A DNA stretch of 63,984 nucleotides, counting the filler, from Octopus bimaculoides (lineage: Eukaryota), in NCBI RefSeq assembly GCF_001194135.2. It is 5 parts of 4 records of this genome, joined end to end, with 100 filler letters (N's around TTAATTAATTAA, not from the genome) between each part and the next. Parts side by side here need not be neighbours in the genome. Positions count along the whole stretch, not along the records: positions 13,833 to 26,869 come from NW_026397052.1; positions 26,970 to 58,732 come from NC_068984.1; 3 more parts are not named here. One strand, written 5' to 3'. A program made the translations under genes and the position numbers. Of the stretch, positions 25,355-36,169 are shown piece after piece; within the stretch, counting starts at the first letter, position 1; each line of letters opens with the position of its first letter. The notes under the pieces were generated by a model. It made no database searches, was not told the origin of the DNA, and was given only the letters and a program-made list of their open reading frames with translations.

Positions 25355-26524
25355 GAGAGAGCCTGTGTGTATGTGTGTGTGTGAGTGCACGCAAACGTTT
25401 GTTTGTGCGCGTGTGTGTGTATATACACTCATACATAAATATATACATGAATGTGTGTGCGTATATCTGTCTACGTATGAGCTTATGCCTACATATGTAG
25501 GCCATAAAATAAATAGAGGTAATGTCAATCGCTAACTTAAAATAACTTTCATATGGCTGTCGCTGTAACAGTACTGTGCTACTGCGTTCAAGTATTTTCA
25601 TTATATCGACCGCAGAGCTTATTGAGGGTAGCGATGTTGAAAACTGGCATTGATGTAAACAGATCTAACGGAAGCAGTATGGTACGATGTCGTATTTCTC
25701 TCGACTCTGACTGAAAATTAAAATTTTTCTCCTCTTCATGGAGTGATCATGGTTCAAACCAACGATCAATTGCTATCAAGTTTAAATAGTTGAAACGGTT
25801 GTTATGGATGTATGGATGGTAGGAACACCAAAGTAACGGCTGCAATAGTACTGTGAAAGTGCCATATATGGATAGTAATTCTGTGTTAAGTTCATGATTT
25901 AGGTCACGTGACAGTATGAACGTTATTCGCGACAAAATCAAGTGATATTGTGATTAGTTTCAACCTACAAAACGTTGACGGTTGTCTTATCCTTGTTCGG
26001 AATTCGAAATCAAATCCAAATGAGACCAAATTTGGCACTCTTACTCTCCGGCTCTATGAAAGAATTAAATTCGATGCTATACACGGCTCAAGTATTACAC
26101 GGCTCAAGTATTACACGGCTCAAGTATTAAGGTCGATGCTATACACGGCACCACTCTCTCAAAATTACTGGGTTTATAGCCAAATAAGAAACTATTGATA
26201 ATAAATTTCATAATTACCTTAAAATTAAATATATTAATTGCTAAATCGATTTGTCAAAGACTGTGACATTATCAATAATAAAATGGTTTTTCTGGCAACC
26301 AATAATCAAAAGGGAAGGAGCTGAAACGTGGTGTTATGCAAATTGCTGAAAAGGGAATCGAGTACTGAGTTAACTGATCCTTGGATTAAATTACTAGTTA
26401 CCCAATCAGTTGTTAATAAAGCAAAAGTGAACTAGATACAATCAGAGCTTTGTTGGCAGTATGATCTTAGCAAAACAAATGTTCCGACTTGCGGTTTTAA
26501 ATCAAAACATATATACATATATGC

Positions 26525-26615
<91 letters not shown>

Positions 26616-26835
26616 AAATTTACAGAAAAACAAAAGATGAAGACAGGTGTAGCAAGACCAAGCAGGTGTAATGGTTTGGTACCCGAGAAAATGAAAAGAG
26701 TCTTTTACGTTTCGAGCCTACACACTTCAGCAGAAAGGAATAGGAAGGAAAAAATGGGGAGAGAATGGAAAAAATAAAAATGGAGAGAGAAACAGTGGAG
26801 AGTTCAGCGGCCTAGTATGGCGTATATTATGCATG

Positions 26836-26869
<34 letters not shown>

Positions 26870-26969
26870 NNNNNNNNNNNNNNNNNNNNNNNNNNNNNNN
26901 NNNNNNNNNNNNNTTAATTAATTAANNNNNNNNNNNNNNNNNNNNNNNNNNNNNNNNNNNNNNNNNNNN
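26870..26969. other. assembly spacer N44-TTAATTAATTAA-N44
   Basis: Same 100-bp structure as 13733-13832. Confidence 0.95.
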
Positions 26970-27022
<53 letters not shown>

Positions 27023-27336
27023 TCAGAATGTGTATATATATATACATATATCAGAATGTGTATATATATATTTAGAAATATACTTATATACATGCTCACA
27101 TACACACACACACATATGAATTATTAATACCTGTCTTGTTTTTGTGTATGACTTATAGGTGCTGGTGCGTTTCTTAATTTACGTGCGCAGAATGTGAGAA
27201 CAGGATTGGCAGATAATGAGATTGGTATGAAACAGTAAGGTATTCCACATTAGGTATACGAGGCGAAGAAAACAGAGGTAAAAATAACGATGTCCTTAAT
27301 GATGACGATGATAATGATTACTAATATGATGATAAC

Positions 27337-27387
<51 letters not shown>
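27337..27387. repeat. (AAT)n microsatellite
   Basis: Direct inspection. Confidence 0.95.
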
Positions 27388-27389
<2 letters not shown>

Positions 27390-28058
27390 AGTCGACGAGT
27401 TGCGGTTGAAGTGAATTATGATATGTCTTGATAGTGAGGAAAATATATTGACGATGATGGTATATATTGATAGTTCTTATGATAACGGCAATTATTAGAA
27501 CTCATTAGTGGGATTTTTTAAATGATGATGCAGTTTCTGCCCGATCCCTATCTTTTCTTACTGGCATTATTGGTGATGATCATTTTGAAAATGCTGGGAA
27601 GAATGGTAGTTGGTTCGATTCTTATCTTAGAGCGATATTATCTTTTGGCCACAAATTTGTCATAAATTTTAAGAATAATTCGATAGGTCGGATTTTAGCT
27701 CCATGATTTTACAATCTTTCAAGTCTTCCATAACCAGTACTCAGTCTAAAACTACACTGATGCCAAAGGCAGCATCACTAATTCCGTTCATGTCAAACAG
27801 CCTTAGTAAAAGTTCAAGCGCTGTCTGAGAATATACAAACCAAATGTTTGTGATCGATTCACAATTCATATAAAGTTGAATGTTCTTTATTTTCTTTATA
27901 TGTTGAATAAAGTCAACATATATGATAAAAATAAAAAGTACACACAATCATATTTCATCTTTAAAATGTTATATACTAATGACACAACATAAGAAATATA
28001 ATACGGCCAAATCACAAATTGTACATATCAAATTATAGGACTACAATCAAAATGGATG

Positions 28059-28104
<46 letters not shown>

Positions 28105-29798
28105 GTTATCCTTCACTTTACATCTCTACACAGCACATTGGTGACTCTGGGTGGCACCGTACATATAAAAATCGTGTAAACGTGCGAAGTACGTTTCCGA
28201 TGTAAAAATATGTAATCACATATTCAGTTGGGCCTTATTAAAACAAGTATATCCATAGAGTATGTTATCTCTGGACGAATACGGCAGCATCTTGCACTGT
28301 CAGTGATGTATTCATATCAAATATAATACATAGAGGACTATTTTAATAGGATGTTATTTCTATTTCACAAACGATTTTTATTCAGACAAGCGGTTATTCG
28401 TAATACCAATGAATGTTTTAATTATTGTTTCCTATATATCGGAGGCGACGAATCTCGTCTTTGCATGGGGCTAGCTGTAAGTACACACCGTGGATAAGGC
28501 CCAACTAGGGCCGAAATCCATCGGATGTTCTCACGAACCGCTGCCGAAAAGATTTCGATCACCCGAAATAAGAGATGAGATGTTATCCTTGAACAAAGAA
28601 CGTAGTAACTTGCCTGCCAACGATGTATTCACATTTAATACTATATATGTATATAAATACCCACGCAATATGTGTGTGTGTGTGTGTTTGTGTGCACAAT
28701 ATAATGCAACATAGAGCATCGGCCAACAAGTTGTTTGAACAAACAAGTTATTTCCATACTATTAATACATATATTATAAAAGATCTCCAAGTAAGTAGAG
28801 TAATATAACTGTAGATAGGAGGCGATAACTCTACAACGATGAAACTGTTTAGTCCCGACACACGACCTAACATCAAATCTCCAGCAAAAGAAAATCTTTA
28901 CATACATATTCATAGTTAAACAATTCCATATATCTCTAGACAACAGTATAGCTGTCTACTTCTGTCTCTTCATTGCTTGTTTATTCTCTCACCCTCAAGT
29001 TCTCTCTCTCTATTTGTATATATATAGCTTTATATGTGTGTGTATGTATATATATGAATACATAAATATATATATATTTGTATGTACATAGGTATATATA
29101 TACATATATATTTATGTGTGTGTGCGTGTGTGTATGTGTGCGTGCGTATGTGTATGTACACACACACGCATATATATATATATATATATATATANNNNNN
29201 NNNNATAGTTAAACAATTCCATATATCTCTAGACAACAGTATAGCTGTCTACTTCTGTCTCTTCATTGCTTGTTTATTCTCTCACCCTCAAGTTCTCTCT
29301 CTCTATTTGTATATATATAGCTTTATATGTGTGTGTATGTATATATATGAATACATAAATATATATATATTTGTATGTACATAGGTATATATATACATAC
29401 GCGTACACGTATAATTCAGCGCTATTAATAAATCTACACAGAAATTTAACCATTCCCTTTCCTTTCTCAACCTCTTTTAATATTGTGCCATTCGATATGT
29501 GAGAAACCCCCTTTTGCTTTCAGATTCCTGGCTCGGTTCCCAAAATAGAATTATTGTCTCTGACCATAATACTGTTATTCTCCAAATAAATAATATCGCG
29601 CAATTCGCCTGCATTTTTAGGTTTTCCAAAACCACCATCTGAGACAATTTATGGCACATCACAACGCCAGCGATTTCTCTTCTACATAACAGTAATACAA
29701 TGTAAACAGTAAAAGAAATCGACTACTGTAGTACCCTGTGAGTGTGTGAAAATACACAAAGACACACATGAACAACGCACACAAACACACACACACAT

Positions 29799-29836
<38 letters not shown>

Positions 29837-30117
29837 AGAAACAAACGAACAAACACATACACACAAAACACGTATAAATATATATATAATACACATGTAT
29901 AAACCTACACAGATTTCGCAAAAGTAGACGTTCATCACTTTATAGATATGTGTGTATATATACATGCATATATATGTGTTCCTGTGCATGTGCGTATGTG
30001 TATGTGTATGTGTGTCTGCGTTTGTGTGTGTCGAATATATATATATATATATATACATATGNNNNNNNNNNATATATATATATATATATATGAATCTATG
30101 TATATATACAAGAATAG

Positions 30118-30370
30118 GCGTGACTGTGTTGCTTCCCAACCACATGGTTCCAGGTTTAGTGCCACTGTGGGGTACCTTGATCTTCTACTATAGCCTCAGG
30201 CTGACCAAAGCCTCATGAGTAGATTTGGTAGACAGAAACTAATATGTGTGTGTGTGTCTGTGTTTGTCCGCTTCATAAATAGTGTGGGTGTGTTTACGTA
30301 CCCGTAGCCAGCGGTGCGGCCAATGAAACCGATAGAATAAGTACTAGGTTTAGAATAAGTACTAGGTTCG
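30118..30370 (+). mobile_element. SINE family B, diverged copy
   Basis: GCTTCCCAACCACATGGTTCC...CTTCTACTATAGCCTC...GATTTGGTAGAC...GAATAAGTACTAGG (the last motif is locally duplicated). Confidence 0.85.
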
Positions 30371-30507
30371 AAACCACAAGAGTAAACAAGAGGGACAGAG
30401 ACAAGCAGAAACAAGGAAAATGGCCCTTGTATTTGAATACTATGCAGATATTCTTTTAAAATACTCTTCATTTAATTTTTCCCAAATTTAATTGCGTTCC
30501 ATACTTA

Positions 30508-30543
30508 CAGTTGAAAAAGTCTCAATGACTGAAACCGGTACTG
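30508..30543 (+). ncRNA. degenerate minimal type-I hammerhead ribozyme motif
   Basis: CAG-TTGAAAA-AGTC-TCAAT-GACT-GAAA-CCGG-TA-CTG. Stems I (3 bp), II (4 bp) and palindromic III (ACCGGT) all pair; core differs from CUGAAGA at 2 positions. Confidence 0.5.
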
Positions 30544-30627
30544 AAATGTTTTTTATAAAATTATTTTAGCATTTTCTACCTTGACTTTTTTTCCATATTT
30601 AGCAACTCGTGTGTTCGTTTTCAACTT

Positions 30628-30696
<69 letters not shown>

Positions 30697-30820
30697 TAGA
30701 GTAAAACGGACAGCAAAACCAAGGCAGGACGAGTATTTCAAGTCATTTACAATATTTAATTAGAGTAAAGTGAATTTGAGACATTTAACTAATTAATTAG
30801 TTAATTAATTAATTGTTCGA

Positions 30821-30898
30821 TGTCTTACAGCTGTTTCTGGGATATCCCAAGTGATAGGTTAGCATCTCAATGCACTGGGTATTCCGTCATCAGAGACA
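30821..30898 (-). ncRNA. minimal type-I hammerhead ribozyme (Penelope/retrozyme type)
   Basis: Minus strand: UGUCU-CUGAUGA-[49-nt imperfect stem II]-GAAA-CAGCUG-UA-AGACA. Intact CUGAUGA and GAAA, 5-bp stem I, palindromic ACAGCUGU stem III, GUA cleavage triplet (predicted cut between 30826 and 30825). The stem II closing pair is a C.A mismatch. Confidence 0.75.
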
Positions 30899-31074
30899 AG
30901 GTGAGTATGTATAAAAGTTCTAGACAGGGAATTCACAGTTTATAAAGGAATAAAGTAGTAGATAGACGAATAAAACAGTTGATAGAAGAATACAGACAGG
31001 AGTATAAAGTTCATAGCTCATCCTCTTCCAGAGGATATGGAAGTTGGTCTGTACTTCCGTGAAGGTATAGGTCC

Positions 31075-31730
31075 TTAAGTATAATACCAGGCAAATTTTA
31101 CTTTCTCCGGCAGTATCACCTCCTCGGTTATTTTGTGCAAGTCTTGCAAGGTTACTTTGATCACCACCTCGAGGCCGTAACCTCACACTTTACTTCCATG
31201 TTGAACATAATGGCTGCCACCAGCCACGCCTCCTCAATCTCCGGGGGTACTCTGCCTATTCTCACCCTGGCCACTCGTCTGCCACAGTAATTCGGCAGAA
31301 GTACCCACTCTTGTGTCCTTAGCGCCACAGTGGAGGGGTTTATCGCTTCTTGCTCGCTAACGAACCTAACCTCCACTGTGCCGTATTTCTTTCCTCTGGT
31401 ATAGAATGTTTTGAGGTTCTTTACCTCTTTCAAACACTCTTTTATGGCTTCCACATTAGCTATTTCAATTCTTTTCCATTCCCTGGACAGCGTTCTATAT
31501 ACTACTGTCCTCTTAGTTACGCTCGCTGTCAATTCTTGTGGCGGGGTCAACCTTAAACTGGTTCCCTCCTTTTCTATCAGTCTGTTAAATTCCTTGAGAT
31601 TCTTTTCCTCCATCTGCACCTCTCGAACCTGTAGTGTGTCTACAGTTAAACTTCGTCCAGTGGCTGCAGCATAGCTGCCGGCTAGGTCTGGTTCGCTTTC
31701 CATCCTTCCTTTTTTCACTACTTCACCCAT
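31075..31730 (-). pseudogene. ORF1/gag-like (RRM-like) retroelement protein remnant, frameshifted
   Basis: About 190-aa open frame (SYAAAT...GTVEVRFVSEQEA...LLPNYCGRRVARVRIGRVPPEIEEAWLVAAI). Continues in another frame as GLEVVIKVTLQDLHKITEEVILPEKVK. Resembles non-LTR ORF1p by pattern only; no search done. Confidence 0.45.
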
Positions 31731-32154
31731 AAATGGGGAAGAAAACAATTATAAAAATACAGCAAAAAACAACAACTAACAATTCAAAAATTCAACAGGG
31801 AAGTTTAGATAATAGGTTCACCCTTGCGGGAGACCTTCAACAATTAATAATGATGTGACTTATGTCTAACAGGGACCAAACAATGATTAACTCGTCAGTT
31901 AAACGTTGAAAAATATATCAATGTTAATTTATTGATGCATTCGGGCAAGTCTATGTCTGTATTATCAGACAATTTCAAAAATTGTTCAAAAAAAAAAAAT
32001 TCAAAACTCTGCAAAATATCCGGTACAAATTCTCCATGGTTCAAAACTATATATATATATAGTAGAGACTATATGTCAACGCAACGTGGCAGTCATACGC
32101 AGGACGATGTCACTACTTGTTAGCCCCAGGAAAACATCTATTGCAGCTGGTTAC

Positions 32155-32321
32155 CGACACATGATCTGTGCCCGTATACAGTGACCAAGGAAGTCCCCTG
32201 TTCCCTTTCTAGCCGTAGCAATGGCTTCTGGGTAATTTCCCTTTGTCGGTACAGGAGAAGCGCCGGCTAGGGATAGCGGCCACTCGATCTTGCTCAGAGT
32301 ATATACTTTTAAAGTGACACT
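32155..32321 (-). CDS. candidate internal coding exon (167 nt), unknown product
   Basis: Acceptor TATTTCTCGCACAG| and donor TCG|GTAACC. One open frame SVTLKVYTLSKIEWPLSLAGASPVPTKGNYPEAIATARKGTGDFLGHCIRAQIMC; GC-richer than the flanks. Confidence 0.25.
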
Positions 32322-32384
32322 CTGTGCGAGAAATATGTAATAACAGAGATTTAAACTAGTCGTTTTTCTCTTCATATGTATACT

Positions 32385-32522
32385 CTTTTACTCTTTTACT
32401 CTTTTACTCCTTTACTTGTTTCAGTCACTTGACTGCGGCCATGCTGGAGCACCGCCTTTAGCCGAGCAATTCGACCCCAGGATTTATTTTTTGTAAGCCT
32501 AGTACTTATTCTATCGGTCTCT
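32385..32522 (-). mobile_element. SINE family B 3' portion with (TTTTACTC)n tail
   Basis: TACTCTTTTACTC...CAGTCACTTGACTGCGGCCATGCTGGAGCACCGCCTTTAG...AAGCCTAGTACTTATTCTATCGGTCTC. Confidence 0.9.
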
Positions 32523-32751
32523 TGAGAACAATCTTTTCTTAGTGGTCAGACCGTAGGTGGTCTTCTTCTAGCATAATGGATGTCCACTTAGTGGTCATCC
32601 TTCTTATATGTATGTAATATATATATATATGTGTGTGTGTGCGTGCGTGTGTGTGTATGTACATTTATCTATATTTAGCTGTATACTTTTATAGAAAATA
32701 TATACATGCATATATCCATATATATACATATATATATATACACACACACAC

Positions 32752-32788
<37 letters not shown>

Positions 32789-33429
32789 TATATANNNNNN
32801 NNNNNNNNNNNNNNNNNNNNNNNNNNNNNNNNNNNNNNNNNNNNNNNNNNNNNNNNNNNNNNNNNNNNNNNNNNNNNNNNNNNNNNNNNNNNNNNNNNNN
32901 NNNNNNNNNNNNNNNNNNNNNNNNNNNNNNNNNNNNNNNNNNNNNNNNNNNNNNNNNNNNNNNNNNNNNNNNNNNNNNNNNNNNNNNNNNNNNNNNNNNN
33001 NNNNNNNNNNNNNNNNNNNNNNNNNNNNNNNNNNNNNNNNNNNNNNNNNNNNNNNNNNNNNNNNNNNNNNNNNNNNNNNNNNNNNNNNNNNNNNNNNNNN
33101 NNNNNNNNNNNNNNNNNNNNNNNNNNNNNNNNNNNNNNNNNNNNNNNNNNNNNNNNNNNNNNNNNNNNNNNNNNNNNNNNNNNNNNNNNNNNNNNNNNNN
33201 NNNNNNNNNNNNNNNNNNNNNNNNNNNNNNNNNNNNNNNNNNNNNNNNNNNNNNNNNNNNNNNNNNNNTATATATATATATATATGGAGTGTGTTCATGC
33301 GCGCGCGTATTTGTGTGATTTATGGTATATACGGTTTATTTAAACTGAATCTCATAAGTCGACTTTACGCTGCGGCATGAAACATGAGTCACACAATATA
33401 TACCCATTGCAGATATATTCATGACTGTC

Positions 33430-33617
33430 TGGTAAGTAACTTGCTTCCCAACCACATGGTTTTGGGATTCAGTCCCCCTATATGCCACATTTTGCAAGTG
33501 TCCTCAATAAAAGCTCCGGGTTGACCAAAGATTTGTGAGTGGTTTGGTAGACGGAAATGGAAACAGATATGTCGTATATACGTTCGTGTTTCTATGTACG
33601 TGTGTGAGTTGTGTGTG

Positions 33618-33708
<91 letters not shown>

Positions 33709-33905
33709 ATCTCCTTCTGTGTATGTTTGTGTGTGTGTGCATGTTTGTTCCCGCCACCCCTTGACAACTGGTGCTGGTCTGTTTCTTTCTCCTTAATCGA
33801 GAGGTTCAACAAAAGTGACCGACTGGAAATAAGTATTAAGGGTTTTTTGAACTAAACTCTTTGAGGCGTGGTCGCAGTACAACGACTGAAACAAGTAAAA
33901 AAAAT
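33430..33905 (+). mobile_element. SINE family B diverged full copy with expanded internal (TG)n
   Basis: Head TGGTAAGTAACTTGCTTCCCAACCACATGG, central (TG)n at 33611-33706, tail GACTGAAACAAGTAAAA. Confidence 0.8.
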
Positions 33906-34965
33906 AAACGAAATATGACAGTCTTTCACACAGTTTCCGAGATAATGTTTGGTGTCTTCAAGGCAACTGACGTGAACAGCTACAGGCTAGAGCGATTCGG
34001 TGTTGTTGCATCGGATGTGTAATAGGTGTTCATCAACGCGACAGCAAATCGTCTACTAAATTCTCTAATAATTGAAACGGGTTTGTATTTTATACAGTAA
34101 ATTATTTTATTGAAGTACCATTGAAATTATGAATGTCATAGAAGTAAAAGATCTGTGTAGGTGGGAGGTGAAGTTCTTTTCGAAGGGTCACATATTATCG
34201 TGGAAGTATAAGCAGATAAAGTGGCTTGTGATAAAAGAATTCGTTTAGACGTGATAGTAATCTGAGACCGGTCGATGACTGATCACTTAAGGAGTCTCAA
34301 ATTGGATATGCAACGTAATAAACCAGCTCACTCTAACCTAGAGCTTATACAATTTTCTTGGAAAATCGAACGCCTATTAACAGTTCAACCGACTAGCCTT
34401 TCTCCAAACAATTCATTGTTTCTTACACAATGAATTTTTTTGTCACTAGCTTGGATCTTGTAAACTTTAAATTCCGCTTTAACCCAGCCATATGAGATTC
34501 ACGATCGCATTTCATTGATAACGCACCATCCATTTTAACATAGACAGTAGTACATCGGTAAACAGCTTTGTATTCAATTCAACTCCGTCTTCATCTACAC
34601 GTATTCATACCCCAGATCCTATCTCTACTCGCCATAAAATCACAGACACTCACATACACAATATACTCACACAAACATATACCTATAAATCTATATAAAT
34701 AATTTACTCTCATGCTATAAAGTTATTTTAAAACTTATCCTCGTTTGCTTGCCTCCACTCTCACTCTGTTTCTAAAATGCCAGTCGACATACATCTGCTG
34801 CCATCAACAATATTATTTCTTGAATGAGTACAAAGTTACGCATTCGCATACGCCAGTAGATTGAATTGACTATGAATGGTGGTTATTCTCTTGAAAGCAG
34901 ATTGAAGTAGTCTTCTCTGGGCTTGGAGATCGAAATCAGAATGCAAAGATAAGCAACTAAATATT

Positions 34966-35133
34966 AGTTTCAAATTTTGACAGAAGACCAGAAATTTTGG
35001 TACTCATTTTATTGACTTCGAAATGATGGGAGGCAAAGTCGACCTCGGCGGAACTCAGAACGTGAAGATGGATGAAAATGCCGTTAATAATTTTTCCCGG
35101 CGTGATAACGATTCTGCCAGCACACCGCCTAAG
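34966..35133 (-). mobile_element. SINE family C copy 1 of tandem pair
   Basis: GGCAAAGTCGACCTCGGCGGAACTCAGAACGTGAAG...GATTCTGCCAGC; bounded by TAAGCAACTAAATATT. Confidence 0.85.
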
Positions 35134-35149
35134 TAAGCAACTAAATATT

Positions 35150-35365
35150 GGCTTCGAATTTTGTCACAAGGCCAACAATTTCAGGCGGGTGGATAAGCCG
35201 ATTACATCGACCCCTGGGTCCAACTGGTACTTTTTTTATCGACCTTGAAAGGAATATCAGGCAAAGTCGACCACGGCTGAATTTAAAGTCAGAATGTGAA
35301 GACAGACATAATACTGTTATCATTTTGCCCGGCGTGCAAACGATTCTGCCAGCTCGCCGCTTTGA
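35150..35365 (-). mobile_element. SINE family C copy 2 of tandem pair
   Basis: CACAAGGCC...ATCGACCCC...GGCAAAGTCGACC...CGATTCTGCCAGCTCGCCGC; bounded by TAAGCAACTAAATATT. Confidence 0.85.
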
Positions 35366-35420
35366 TAAGCAACTAAATATTAATATTCCACGTATATGGC
35401 TTATATTATTTCTGATGCTT

Positions 35421-35622
35421 AAAGCAGTAAGTAGGCAGAATCGTTATTACACCGAGCAAAATGCTTAGCGGTATTTTGTCCGTCCCTACGTTATAAGTTC
35501 AAATCAGGTTTACCTTTACTCCTTTCGGTGTCAATGAAATAAGTGCCAGTTTCGCACTGGGAGAAATGTAATCAGCTAGCTCTTCCCCAAAAATTTCAGG
35601 CCTTGTGCCTATAGTAGAAAAG
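35421..35622 (+). mobile_element. SINE family C copy with 16-bp TSD
   Basis: ATTATTTCTGATGCTT at 35405-35420 and 35623-35638. Confidence 0.85.
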
Positions 35623-36169
35623 ATTATTTCTGATGCTTCAGTGTGTTCAAATAAGGTAACAGAAATATTATGGTAGTTGTGTAATACAGAAAGTGATTTA
35701 TGAACAAAAATGAAAATAAAAGAACGTACAGTGGGACAAAGTGACTATGTTATGTTTTGAAAGGGAAAAAAATGACATGACGACTCGGGAAACTTGTCCT
35801 CTATTGTGTGAGATAGAGAAGAGATGAAAATTAATTTGATTCATTAGGGTCTGATTAGAGATGTAATTGGCTGTTACTTCTAACGTATAGAAATGTTTCG
35901 GTCTCATTACTGTTATTGTTATTCCTGTTATTGTAAGATACAAAGACATTTACATATTTCACACATGCGTTCTCTTTCTTGTGGTTGTTACTGTCAACGT
36001 TTGATGTTGATGATTTCAATGATGTCGCTGTTACTGATACTGTGTGTTGCTTTTGCTGCTCTTTCTCATCATAATTTCTTTTTTCTTTTTCGTTATCTTC
36101 TTGTTTCTTATTTTTCCTACTTCATCATCATTACTATCTACTTCATCGTCATCATTCCTTCTTTTCCTC

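Noticed and set aside
26080-26127. CRISPR-like repeat array
   Set aside because: Contiguous tandem units without spacers, in eukaryotic context with no cas genes.
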